Assembly (NCBI GenBank): GCA_010093995.1
Contig: ML992506.1
Coordinates: 851,196-915,195, forward strand
Source of the DNA: Elsinoe ampelina
Taxonomy: Eukaryota
DNA length: 64,000 bases
Direction: 5' to 3'
Shown here: positions 24,648 to 35,560 of the stretch, piece after piece
Numbering within the stretch: position 1 is the first letter of the stretch
Layout: each line of letters starts with the position of its first letter
Translations under genes and position numbers: made by a program
The notes under the pieces: generated by a model
Told to the model about the DNA's origin: nothing
Databases searched by the model: none
Seen by the model: the letters and a program-made list of their open reading frames with translations, nothing else

Positions 24648-25939
24648 TTACAGCATGCCCAGCATGGCTGCAAAGACACCGAGAACACCGGTAACGGCCG
24701 ATGAACGGGCGTAGAGCTCCTTGGCGCCGGCTCCGCTCTGGGAAGAGGTGGATCCGCTGGAGGCTGGGGTACCGACACCACCTGGGTTGCGCTGCTGGCC
24801 GAAGCAAGTGTAGGCTCCCTTGATGACATTGTCGCGGCCACGGAGAGGGTTGAAGCGATCGCAGACCTGCTGGATGTCGGCGGAGGACTGGAGGTTGAAG
24901 GCACCAGCGACGTTGGTGAGAGCGGGAAGCTGGACACTGCAACTTTGTCAGTACATAGTATGATTGATCGAGACCGGAATACTCACTCGGTGAAGTTGCC
25001 GTAGAAGTCAACAGCGCCACCAACAGTGGAGACAGCAGGGAAGCCGTCAATGATGTCGTACTCAGTGTTGTTGGCGACCAAAAGGGCACCGCGGACCTGG
25101 GTCAAACGAGGGAAAGATACGTTGGTAAGGGCGCGGTTGGAGACGAAAACGAGAGAGCCGCCAACAGAGGTAAGGTTTGGGCCGGCGATGGTATCGTAAA
25201 GACCACCCCAGAAGCCGAGGGAGCTGTTGACGCTGGCGAGGGACGGGATGGAGATGCTGGAGACGTTGCGGAAAGTCATGTTGAAAGCATTCTCGAGGTT
25301 GGGGAGGTTGACGGAGGTGTTACGGCCGTTGAACTCGATGTTCCACGCGCCGGTGACCTGCTCAACCTGCATGTCGATCTCATTGAGCTGGTTGTTGTTG
25401 GAGATGTAGAACTCGCCGACAGTCTCGAGGTTAATACCGTCTAGGGAACCGAGCTGGGTGTCAATGATGCGGACACTGTCAGCCCTGCGGACACCAGTGG
25501 TGAATCCAAGGGAGGAGAGACGGGGGAGAGTCTGCCAGACAAGTGTGCCAACCTCGGTAAGACGGGGGAAGCTCAAGCTGGTAAGGAGTGTCATGTTGGT
25601 AAGACCGAAGGTACCACCAATGGTCTCGAGGCTGTTAGCCGTAAGAGATGGAAGTCCAACAGCGTTATCGGCAATCAAATCGCCAGAAATGGACCTGACA
25701 CCATCCAACGAAATATCTGAAGTGACGCCGGTCTGGATAGCGATGTTTCCAGTGTAGGTCTGGCAGCCGCTGAGTCTACCAGCATCACCCTGGTTTTGGA
25801 TGGTGAAGGTGCCCGAGCTACTACACTGGGCTGTGGAACGTGTCAGATATCCGTTGTTTCATCCATGTCAAGCTCTTTACTCACCAGCGGCGCGGCCGGC
25901 GATGGCCAGAACCGGCAGGATGGCGGTCTTGGAGAACAT
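24648..25939 (-). CDS. ECM33: GPI-anchored cell wall protein of the Ecm33/Sps2 family; exons 25939-25885, 25830-24987, 24936-24648
   Basis: Signal peptide MFSKTAILPVLAIAGRAAA, receptor L-domain repeats (LSFPRLTEVG, FPRLTQVRGAL, LPALTNVAGAFNLQSS) and a hydrophobic GPI signal ending VLGVFAAMLGML. Confidence 0.93.
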
Positions 25940-27376
25940 TGTGAATGTGAGGTCGGAGTGTGAATTACTGATGGAATTGTTAGTCAATGGACTCTGTTGT
26001 CGTTGCCACAAGGTTGTTGATGGTTGAGATAGGGTGAAGTCGCGCGATAAGGAGACTCACCTGGATTTCTAAAGCTGCTCGATGGTGAAGGCGATGGGAA
26101 GAGGGTGAAAAATTAGTTCCCGCTGCGCTGACAGTAATGAAGTGTTGTAGCGAAAGACGAGAAGTGTGAATGTCAGGCGTGAATAGTGCTTCGTCACCTG
26201 GGATGCAGTGAAGAAGGAAAGAGCGAGTGTGGCTGAGAAATTTGGACCGGCAAGTGGTCTATTTGGGCAAACACAGGGGGAGAAAAGCTGTTGAGTTTGG
26301 CGGCCAGGCGAATCTGAAGGCCGGGAGGAGCTCGCAGCGCAGGAGCACAAGCTTGACGCGATGCACGGGTACACGCGCCATGGCCCGATAGGGAATGGCG
26401 CATGGCTTGATCTGCTTTGGTCTAACACTTGTTGGCAGATCTTTATGCATATTTGATTGCCAATGTGCTTTGTCGTTGAGAGCAATAACTGACCAGATAT
26501 ACAATGTACGCCGCCGATGGGGTCATTGAATCTCTAGACCAGATGCGAATGCCATGTGTAGCTTATCCTCACACAGGCGGCACAACTGCTCCACGACCAA
26601 AGTCCGACCAAAAAGTCAGGTCACATCCTTGCCAATACCAAGCTTACCACAACCATCACCTTATCAACCAGGCCCGACATAACCCAAAAGACTCAAAGCG
26701 GCTCGGACCATTCGTGCCATCAATATCTCGCCATGAACCAATACATCATCACATCTCTGGACCCGTCAACCACTAGCTGTTCAAAAATTTTGACTGGCCA
26801 TGGCACAGACGCCCCGGAAAGCCACTGCAATCTCGCCAGGCCGGGAAGTTGGCAAGCGTTATCATCCAAACATATCAAACCGACGGTTGCACGCAAAACG
26901 ATGTACCACAACACATTTCAGTTCGGGTTTTCTGGAGTTGGAGACACGAGAGAGACTCTAGGTTCGTTTCTCCTCACAAATCGCGCATTGCAGCAGTTCA
27001 TCCCAAGGTGACGCGGCTCCTCATGCAAGAGTTTAAAACCCCAACCACGATCGTCTCACAAGCCGTTGACCGAGTAGTTGCCGCGACCAATCATGCCCCG
27101 CTTCTACCACACCCAAGTCGAAGCTCCGTAGCTTTCCCAGGAACCATATTTGCTCCATCCAGAAATCCGACGGCAGGTCTTCAGCCTCTTGTCCAGCTTT
27201 CCCCACTAGGTAGAGCATCGCTTTCGCTTGTCAGGTTGCGGTACCAACGCATACTTCTCCACCTACAAATCCATGGAAAGTGACCTCACTGACAGGTGAA
27301 ACATCCTTTTTGGGAAAGTCAAATGATCACCGATCTACGCTTTAGCGCCATACCAAGACCACTTCTCATGTCTTGG

Positions 27377-30315
27377 GGGCCGTCTCCTTCGTCGAATTTG
27401 ACCGGTTTTTTGTGCTCGATTAGGAAGGTGTGATAGATGACCGATTTGCGTATCCTTCGATAACTAATAGTTAGTCTTCTAGTGGCGCTTTTAACTAGCT
27501 AGACTAACTCGATAGCCTAATAGAGTAAGGTTAGCTTATTAAGGCTAGTTATTTATACTTACCCTCGTAATTATATATATAGATAACTAGTCTTTTTGCT
27601 AGTCTTAGTAAACACGTAAGTAAAAGCCTTATATAATACCTCTTAAGAAGTACTTTATTTACCTCCTCTACTACCTCCTCTACTACTCTCTCTACTACTA
27701 TAATTATAACCTTAATAGCGCTACTAGCTAGCTAGCTAACCTTCTAAGCAACCTCTATAGTGTTATTAACGCTAGTGCTATAGCGATTTAATAGTAGCTA
27801 GACTAAAGATATAGTCTCTATATTCCTTAGTTTCTTAGTAAGGGAGAAGACTACTAGTAAATAAGCTTAATTTAGCTTTAAGGCTATTATCTTTTAGTAG
27901 GCTATACTAATTGTTATAGTAGTAATATAGTATATAGAACCTAGCGATATAATAGAAGAGAAGATTTATAATAAGTATAGAGCTTTAAAGAGGAATTAGT
28001 CGAATTATAAAGTGCTTTACTACTAGTTTAGTTAGACAATAAATAGTAATAGTATATTATATACTAAGCCTTATATAATAGAGAAGTACTTTGCCTCTTA
28101 TACTAGCGCTTAAAAATTTAAATACTATAAATTTAAGTAGCTAGATCTTAGTAATAAGCTTTAGAGTAATATTATAGCTAGTAGTAAGTATACTCTTACT
28201 TCTTCTAATATATATAAGGTTAGTAAAGAGAAGAAGAAAAAGAGAGAGGTACTATAGACAGTAGAGGAGTTAGATAGGCCTATAAAATTTAGCTAGTCTC
28301 TAAGCTCTTACCTTATATAGCTACTCTTAACACTAGTAGCCTTCTTATATATAAGTATACTAGTAAGCTTAATTGTTCTAAATAAGAGGCAGAAGATAAA
28401 TAAGGTAAACTAGATAATATAAGCTATTCTTAATATAATAAAGAGGTTAAATAAGATAGCTAAAAGGCCTTTAGCTATTACTTATACAACTACTAAATTT
28501 ACTAAGAAGTTTACTTATCTTATACTAGTAATAAAGGTAAAGGCTTTACTAGCCTTAAAAGAGGTAGTAGAGTACTAGCTTAAGTTAGATAAAGGTATAA
28601 GATATAAGCTTATAAGTAAATAGACTAACTTACTACTTATAATACTTATTAAAGACAAGGTAGATAGAGAGGTATAATAGGAGAAGAAGAAGAATAAAGA
28701 GCCTTTATAGCTTAAAGTTAATTTCTTATATAACTATTACTCTTTTAGAATAGGTAGTAAGGTTTTTTTTATAGCCTCTTTAATTCTTTATACTTACTTA
28801 TAACCTTTATTATATATTTAATTTAAATATAGAAGCTGCTAAACAATTATTAAATAACTAGAAACTATTATTTAATTATACTATATTATTTACTACTCCC
28901 TTCTATTAACCTCGGCGCTACTATAGCTTAAGCTAGTAGTTACGCTATATATTCTTAGCTATCTTATTACAATATTTAACTATATATATATTACCTAAAT
29001 TTAGCTCCCCTTTACCTATTAGATAGCTAATAGACTTAGAGATCTTCTTCTTCTTCTTCTTCTTCTCCTTCTTAAGATAGATAGATACCTAGATACTTAG
29101 TAAAAGGTTATAAAGTATAGCTAGATAGTATACTATTTATATCTATATAAGTATTAAAGAGAACTTAAATTACTTATCTAGTATTCGCTACTATCTCTTA
29201 AGTAATCTAAAGCTTCTTTTAATAATATTATAGAGTTATAAGTAGTATAAATTAAAGAGCTCTTTTAGACTTTAAGGCTATTAGTTAGTAGCTTTATATT
29301 TATAGAGGTAGTACCTTATACCTTAATAGAGTACTAAGATGTTAATCCGATTACTATATCTAGTATTAGCGAGATAATAAGCGCCTTCTAGAGTAGAGAA
29401 TCCCTTAGTATAAGTGTTAGTAAGTACTTAAGTATTATATATAGACCCCTTCTATTCTAGTAATAGATAGGTAAACTTTATCTTATAGTTTATAACTACT
29501 AACACGTTCTATAATAGACTACCTTTTTAATCCCTCTAAGCTAATTACTTACTAAGAATATAAGTGTAGATATAAGTACTATTAAGAGCACTAATATAGT
29601 CTTAGAAGTAAGACTAAAACTTATAATTTATCTAGATATCTAGCGGCACTTAGAGTAATATAATTAGCACTATGTATTTATTATATAAAGAGAAGAGACT
29701 TTATAAGGCTTAATAGAAGAATTAGCTAACTATTTAGATAACTATACTAACCTTAGTAGTAATATACTAATAGCTAGTACTAGTAGTAAGAATATAGAGA
29801 GTAATAAAGAGCTTATAGTAAGTAAGCAACTTATAGCTATTATTAAGAGCTAGAGTTATTATTATTAAGCACTTATAGAGATAGTAGAAGAAGGCTACTA
29901 TATACTATATATATTACTTATAGTTCTTATTAACCTTAATACTCTAGTTAATCTAGTTAAGGCTAAAGCCTTAAGCATTAAGCTAATAGTCACTAGTAAT
30001 CCCTAGAGGCTCGTATATGTCCTCTAACTACGTAAGTAAAGTACTAGAGAGAAGACTAGTAAGAAGTATACGTAATTAATTATCTATAACTACTTAATTT
30101 AGTGTGCTAATCTTATTAGTATAGAGTACTACAACCTTACGTTCTATAGCGACACTAAACGCGACACTTGCGCGACTTCTCACCGCCTTCCTTAGCCGTA
30201 AGAGTGTCTTAGCCCTGTCTCTCGGCCTCGGCCGCTGCCAATTTTACACTTTTTACGCTAATTACGCCAAAAAAGACCAGCTCCACCAAAACACCAAGAT
30301 CGAAGGAGACGGCCC
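27377..30315. mobile_element. RIP-degenerated DNA transposon with terminal inverted repeats; family unassigned
   Basis: GGGCCGTCTCCTTCG at 27377-27391 and its reverse complement at 30301-30315, flanked by CTTGG at 27372-27376 and 30316-30320. The interior (~27460-30150) is extremely AT-rich, TpA-enriched, CpA/TpG-depleted and has no ORFs in the track. Confidence 0.88.
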
Positions 30316-30726
30316 CTTGGTTTCATCTTGACAGGACATGTTTACTGTAACCGCACTCCGGATGGAAGACTCGAAGCTTATCAATCTCGACTGACGAGAT
30401 AGCGACACCATGAAACAGTGCAACTTCGACGTGGCACTCGGACAGCTTGACAGCTCTAATGCTTGTCGCGCAGACTCTCGATGTAGCTCACTTGGACATG
30501 GCAGGACACAGCGTCTCATGAGTTCCAGTCTCCAGTCAATGAGTGGAGATGCACGGATTGAGGTAGACCTAGACTTGAGGTAAGCAACATTCGCTCGAAC
30601 TTCACAGTAAGTATACTATCATACATCACGACATCCACCATCCACGCAGTCGACTCTCATCCATGCCCGAGTACTGTCGTCCTCAAGCAGTTCTCTCATA
30701 GCATCCACGTCCGTCCTTCCCATAAC

Positions 30727-31905
30727 TCAAGCATTCTCCTGAATAGCATCCACATTCGTCCCCCCTTGCCCCGGCGCCGTCTCTATCCTCCACATGTACC
30801 ACATAAACAAACTCCTATACGGCCTAAACCTCTCGGCCGTCTCCACCATCTCCTTCTCACTCATATACTTCCACTTCCCTCCCTTCCCCTTCAACTTGGC
30901 CACATCCCTTCCCTTATAGATGGCCATACCCCTCTGTACACCCAGGTCCCCAGTACTGAACATATCCATCCTCTTCAACCCAAAACAACAAAACATCTCC
31001 ACACTCCACTTCCCCAACCCCCTCACCGCCACCAACCTCTCCATCACCTCCTCATCCCCCGCTTCACTCAGCATCTGCGCGGACAACTCCCCACTCTCGA
31101 ACTTCTCCGCCAAGCCCTGGATATACTCCGCCTTCCTCGCGCTCAACCCCGCGGTGCGCAGCGTCGCCAGATCCGTAGCAGCCACTATCCCGGGTGCAGG
31201 AAACGTCGGTGGGCCGGGGTGTTCCGACCCCTTGTAGCCAGCGGGGAAGAGGCCGATGAATTTCTTCTTGATGCTGCTCGCTGCCGCGCCGCTGACTTGT
31301 TGCGCCATGATGCCTGACGCGAGGGAGCGGAAGGGGTCGATTTCCTCGGCGAGGCCGGAGGGGTCGAAGACGCGGCAGTGGTGGGCTTCGACCAAGGGGC
31401 GGAGGGTCGGGTCGGTGGAGATGAGGTGGGCTTTGGCGTCGGAGAGGAGGGTGAGGTTGGTGGTGGATGCTGGCGGCCGGATGCCCCTGGTGCTTTGAGG
31501 GGCGATGCGGTGGCCGTTGGGCGTGGTGAGGGGGGCGTTGGTGCCGTGGGGTGTGGCCGGGAGGGTGGGGAGGGGGTCGTCGATGTCGCCGCTTGAGTGG
31601 ATTGGTTGGGGGGTGAGCATGACGCCGATGGCGGAGGGGGTCGGGGTTAGTGGTGGTGGGATGGGAGTGGTGGGGTTGGGACGGCGGCGTTTGGTGGGCG
31701 ATGGGGTGGTAGGAATTTTGAAACCTTGGGCATCTTGTGAAGCTGGGAGAGCCTCAATTGCGCCACTGGACAGTGAAGGAGCGTCCTTGACTGGATCTGC
31801 TCTTGGTCGAGCTCGTTTCTTGCCTGGTGTAACTGCTTTGACTGCGGAGCTGATGGTGTTGGCCACCGTTTGTGACTGTACTCGAGTTGACCTTCTCAGC
31901 GACAT
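30727..31905 (-). CDS. MAG1: DNA-3-methyladenine glycosylase (HhH-GPD/AlkA family)
   Basis: DPFRSLASGIMAQQVSGAAA, LRTAGLSARKAEYI, HhH motif VRGLGKWSVEMF, DLGVQRG and FRPYRSLFMWYMW. Likely start is MSLRRSTR at 31905. Confidence 0.92.
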   Translation of the reverse strand: MSLRRSTRVQSQTVANTISSAVKAVTPGKKRARPRADPVKDAPSLSSGAIEALPASQDAQGFKIPTTPSPTKRRRPNPTTPIPPPLTPTPSAIGVMLTPQPIHSSGDIDDPLPTLPATPHGTNAPLTTPNGHRIAPQSTRGIRPPASTTNLTLLSDAKAHLISTDPTLRPLVEAHHCRVFDPSGLAEEIDPFRSLASGIMAQQVSGAAASSIKKKFIGLFPAGYKGSEHPGPPTFPAPGIVAATDLATLRTAGLSARKAEYIQGLAEKFESGELSAQMLSEAGDEEVMERLVAVRGLGKWSVEMFCCFGLKRMDMFSTGDLGVQRGMAIYKGRDVAKLKGKGGKWKYMSEKEMVETAERFRPYRSLFMWYMWRIETAPGQGGTNVDAIQENA

Positions 31906-32551
31906 TGTGATTGAAATGCGATCTTCAGTTGTTGCCGCGTGCGGGCCAAGATCGAGTGGCGTGTGGCGAAAAGTGCGAGCTATGGTCGTCGTACTTGTGA
32001 TCCACCTTGTCAGCTTCCGCGCCTTGGGTGGCGATTTGGCCAATGGCGCACGAAAACGGACACAACTTCGAGTACAAAACTCAGGTGCTTGTACAGGTCT
32101 CAACTTACGTACATCCAGGAATTGGGAGATCCAATAAATGGGTGCTGATGGGTGGGGAGCTGAGCAATAATAATGCCAGTCAAGGCAGCAATGTGGTCCG
32201 TGCAATGTCTGGTAGTCGCAGGGTGGGATACTTTCAGCATGAATCTCCATCGCAACGCCACCAAAGGAACACACTCGGCCCGATGTGAGGTCATTCATGG
32301 CCATTTGACATTGCACAGTGTCTGCTTGACCCAAGGATGCTACTGATTTCTTCCGCTGTCTACAAGATCAAAGCCTACCAGGTTGCTGCGCAAGCATTCC
32401 CATATCAAGCCATTGCAGTCGAATGCTTTCGTGTTTACTGCAGCTTTGCAATTCGAGGTGCTTGTTGGCCATTCGTTTGCTGTACATATCCGTCGCTTGC
32501 TGAAAGTGTCTATGTTTACACACCAGTGCCTTCTCCCATTTCGATCTTTCA

Positions 32552-33127
32552 TTACTTCTTGATCACCATAGCGTCCAAATCCAGTCTCTCCGCCTTCTCG
32601 CGCTCGATCTCTCGGATGATTGGGCTGAGGTACTCGACATCCTGGTCCTTTGTCAGCGTTGCGAACGTGGTGTTGCGTGGTCGGCTAGCCGTACCTCCTC
32701 TGGCTTGGTGTGCTCATTTGGCGGCAGAAGTTGGTGTGCGAGCGAGCACTGTACAAGGTCAGAACTTGTTTTTTTGCCTTTCCCGTGTCGTCAATACACA
32801 CCTGGAAAGCTCTTCGTAGTCGGTAGACACGGTCGTAGGCTTCCTTGGGCGGTAATCTCTTAAGCGCAACCATGACAACATCGTTCTCCTCGGGGATCAA
32901 ATCATCGGCCCTGTAGTCTCCAAGTCAGCCGTCTATATCCAGTGGATCGTTCTGAAGCTTCGCATCGAGCTCAATGGTACACTCCTGCAGTCCGAAAGAG
33001 GTTGATCATACTTCAAGCCGAGCTTCCTGTATCCTGACGCATCTGCGTACCAGTTGGCCAGTGGCTGCATCCAGCGTTTGAGCCATGGCCTCTTGATGAT
33101 GAAATTCGTGAATGAAGGCTGCGACAT
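32552..33127 (-). CDS. QCR7: Cytochrome bc1 complex subunit 7; exons 33127-33012, 32910-32802, 32748-32695, 32641-32552
   Basis: The spliced product reads WYADASGYRKLGLKADDLIPEEND...LKRLPPKEAYDRVYRLRRAFQCSLAHQLLP...DVEYLSPII. Confidence 0.95.
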
Positions 33128-33605
33128 GGTGGGAGATCTGTGGTGTGTAGAAAGAGTTGCCTCTTCTGTAGTCGAAGAGTCGTTTGGTTGACAGCAAAAA
33201 GTCCCCTTGAATTGCTTGACGCTCACTGGCTGATCCGGTTTGGCCCGCGCTCCCGTCATTACCTCATCCGGCTTGCCGTCGAGGCTTTTCAACGAGCTTG
33301 ACCAATCTTGCACCCCGCTCTCAGACCATCAGTAAAGAAACACTCGAGGTGAAGCTCAATTCTTGTTCCCTCACTATACACACGAATCGCAACACTCGAG
33401 TGAGTGTAGCTCGCGAATCAGAGGACTACAGCAACCCGATCACGTCGAGTAAATGGGTCCCTCATTCCGATAGTGACGTCCGTCTCGCGGTGCTGTGGGA
33501 ATCGTCCCGCTTCGCACCGGGCTCAACGCAGCAGCGCTTGCGCAAGACGAAGGGAATAGAGGGATCAATTGTTGGAGCATGAGAAGGTGAGCATCATAGT
33601 ACACA

Positions 33606-34857
33606 ATGCAGAGGACTACGGTTTCCTCTTCGGATACCCACGATCATGGCCCGCCTGCTCCAGGAGCTCCAACTGGACCTTCGGCTGGAAATTCTTCTGG
33701 TGACCGGCCTCCCTCAATCTCTTCACTGGCGCAATTCTCGGCCCGCTTCTCGAGCGCAAGTGTGACAAGCTTCTCTGGAGCCATGGCTGGTGTAGCTTCT
33801 GGCATTGTCACGTGCCCCCTGGATGTTATCAAGACGAAGCTGCAAGCACAGGGATCTTTCCGGCCACAACAGAGCATACATCAATCGCGAAGTACGAGTG
33901 CGATTTATCATGGCATGGTCGGGACAGCAAGGACAATTGTTCGACAAGATGGCTTCAAAGGTCTTTATCGCGGTCTTGGTCCCATGCTCTTGGGCTATCT
34001 CCCAACCTGGGCGGTGTACATGTCGGTTTACGATCGCTCGAGAGAATACTACTATGGCAAAGTTGGTAAGAAAGATTGAGTCAATTAGTATGCCGATATT
34101 GACCAGAGCAGAGAACAAGTGGGTTGCTCGCATCTACGCTTCCATAACTGCTGGCGCGTGCTCGACGCTCGCAACGAATCCTATCTGGGTGATCAAAACA
34201 CGTTTGATGTCGCAAGTCTCAAGAAGCGCTTCAGATGGTGCGCGTACACCGTGGCATTACAACAACACTCTAGACGCAGCACGTAAGATGTGGGCAACAG
34301 AGGGTATAGCAGCTTTCTACTCAGGCTTGTCACCTGCCCTGTTGGGCCTCACTCACGTGGCCATCCAATTCCCTCTCTACGAGTATTTCAAGATGAGGTT
34401 CACTGGTGTGGAGATGGGCGAGTCGAGCGGTGAGGGCGCAGCAGGCACTCAAACTGCAGGCATTCTGGCTGCCACATTTCTCAGCAAGATTTGCGCAACA
34501 TCCGCAACGTATCCTCACGAGGTTCTTCGTACCCGACTTCAGACACAGCAGCGCATGCATCCAAGCCAGTCGCCTGATGGGCTGACGCCTTCTGGACGGG
34601 ATCCGAACTCGAAGTCGGCGCCAGGGATGTCCAGCTCGGATGGGATGCGCAACAAGCCTAGGTACCAAGGAGTCATCAGGACCTGTCGGACTATCTTAGC
34701 GGAAGAGGGATGGCGTGCGTTCTACAACGGCATGGGAACAAACATGATCAGGGCAGTACCAGCAGCAATGACGACCATGCTCACCTTTGAAACTCTGAAG
34801 AGGGTCATCACGGAGATGCAGGAGGAGGGCAGAGCCCAGCATGTGGAGGCGACATGA
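33606..34857 (+). CDS. Mitochondrial carrier, NAD+ transporter type (Ndt1/Yia6-like); intron 34066-34111
   Basis: Three carrier signatures PLDVIKTKLQ, PIWVIKTRLM and PHEVLRTRLQ. GYLPTWAVY and HVAIQFPLYE match the NAD+ carrier clade. Confidence 0.9.
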
Positions 34858-35229
34858 GCTGAGGTCATGATCGAAATTGAGAGATTTTTCAACGGGTCGC
34901 AGCAGACCTACCAGGGAACTACAGCGCGGCGTTCAGGGAGAATTTGTACTTGATGATGGACATGCATGGAGATACCACGAAGGATGATATCGCATAGTAG
35001 AATTGAAGAGTCAAGCTCAATCGAATCAATCACCTCGACAGCGCTTCCTGACAGAAACTTGGCAGTACTCCTTAAAGAGTGTCCGATGTCGCTCGTTTAT
35101 TTCAAAGAGCAGGCTTAGAATACCCACGGGGACGCCGAAGTCAAACTCGTGCCCCAGAATGAAGAAGTGTGCGAGATGTGGAGCGTGTACCTGGATTAGT
35201 GATGAGTTCATTTTGATAGAGTTCAAATA

Positions 35230-35441
35230 CCGAGGCACAGCTTGGATGCAGTTCTCGCGCAGTCCGACATCATGAGGACGACCAACAAGACATTTGCACG
35301 AGCTATTACCGAGAGTTACCACGGCATCTGGACGCCGAACAAGCGCCCAGAAATTCTAGACGAAAATCAGTCGGCTTAATCCGCAAATTGAGGCTCAAGA
35401 ATGCCATGTGAAGATCTAATCGATCACATGAAATGCCGAGG
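35230..35441 (+). promoter_or_regulatory. Two CCGAGG (FarA/FarB-type fatty-acid response) sites upstream of acyl-CoA oxidase
   Basis: CCGAGG at 35230-35235 and 35436-35441, within 335 bp of the ATG at 35561. Confidence 0.55.
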
Positions 35442-35560
35442 TTAGATCTGGTCCATGTCGTCAGTGTCAAACAAAAAGCTTCCAGGCCCGCACGCCTCAT
35501 CTCAGCCTACACCCGACCTTCCATCTCCATCCTCCACAATCATCCCCAGTAGTTCTCATC

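Noticed and set aside
28080..28880. Helicase Walker A and motif V/VI in the RIP island
   Set aside because: Candidate matches need non-RIP substitutions or frame changes and are out of order, so they cannot be supported without a de-RIP consensus.
27460..30150. Centromere, NUMT or contaminant explanation for the AT-rich island
   Set aside because: The TpA excess with CpA/TpG loss and the TIR/TSD boundaries point to a RIP-mutated transposon. It is short and flanked by ordinary genes.
31906..32334. 143-codon N-terminal extension of MAG1 in the ORF track
   Set aside because: It begins at a non-ATG codon and is non-descript. The ATG at 31905 has good context (ACAATG).
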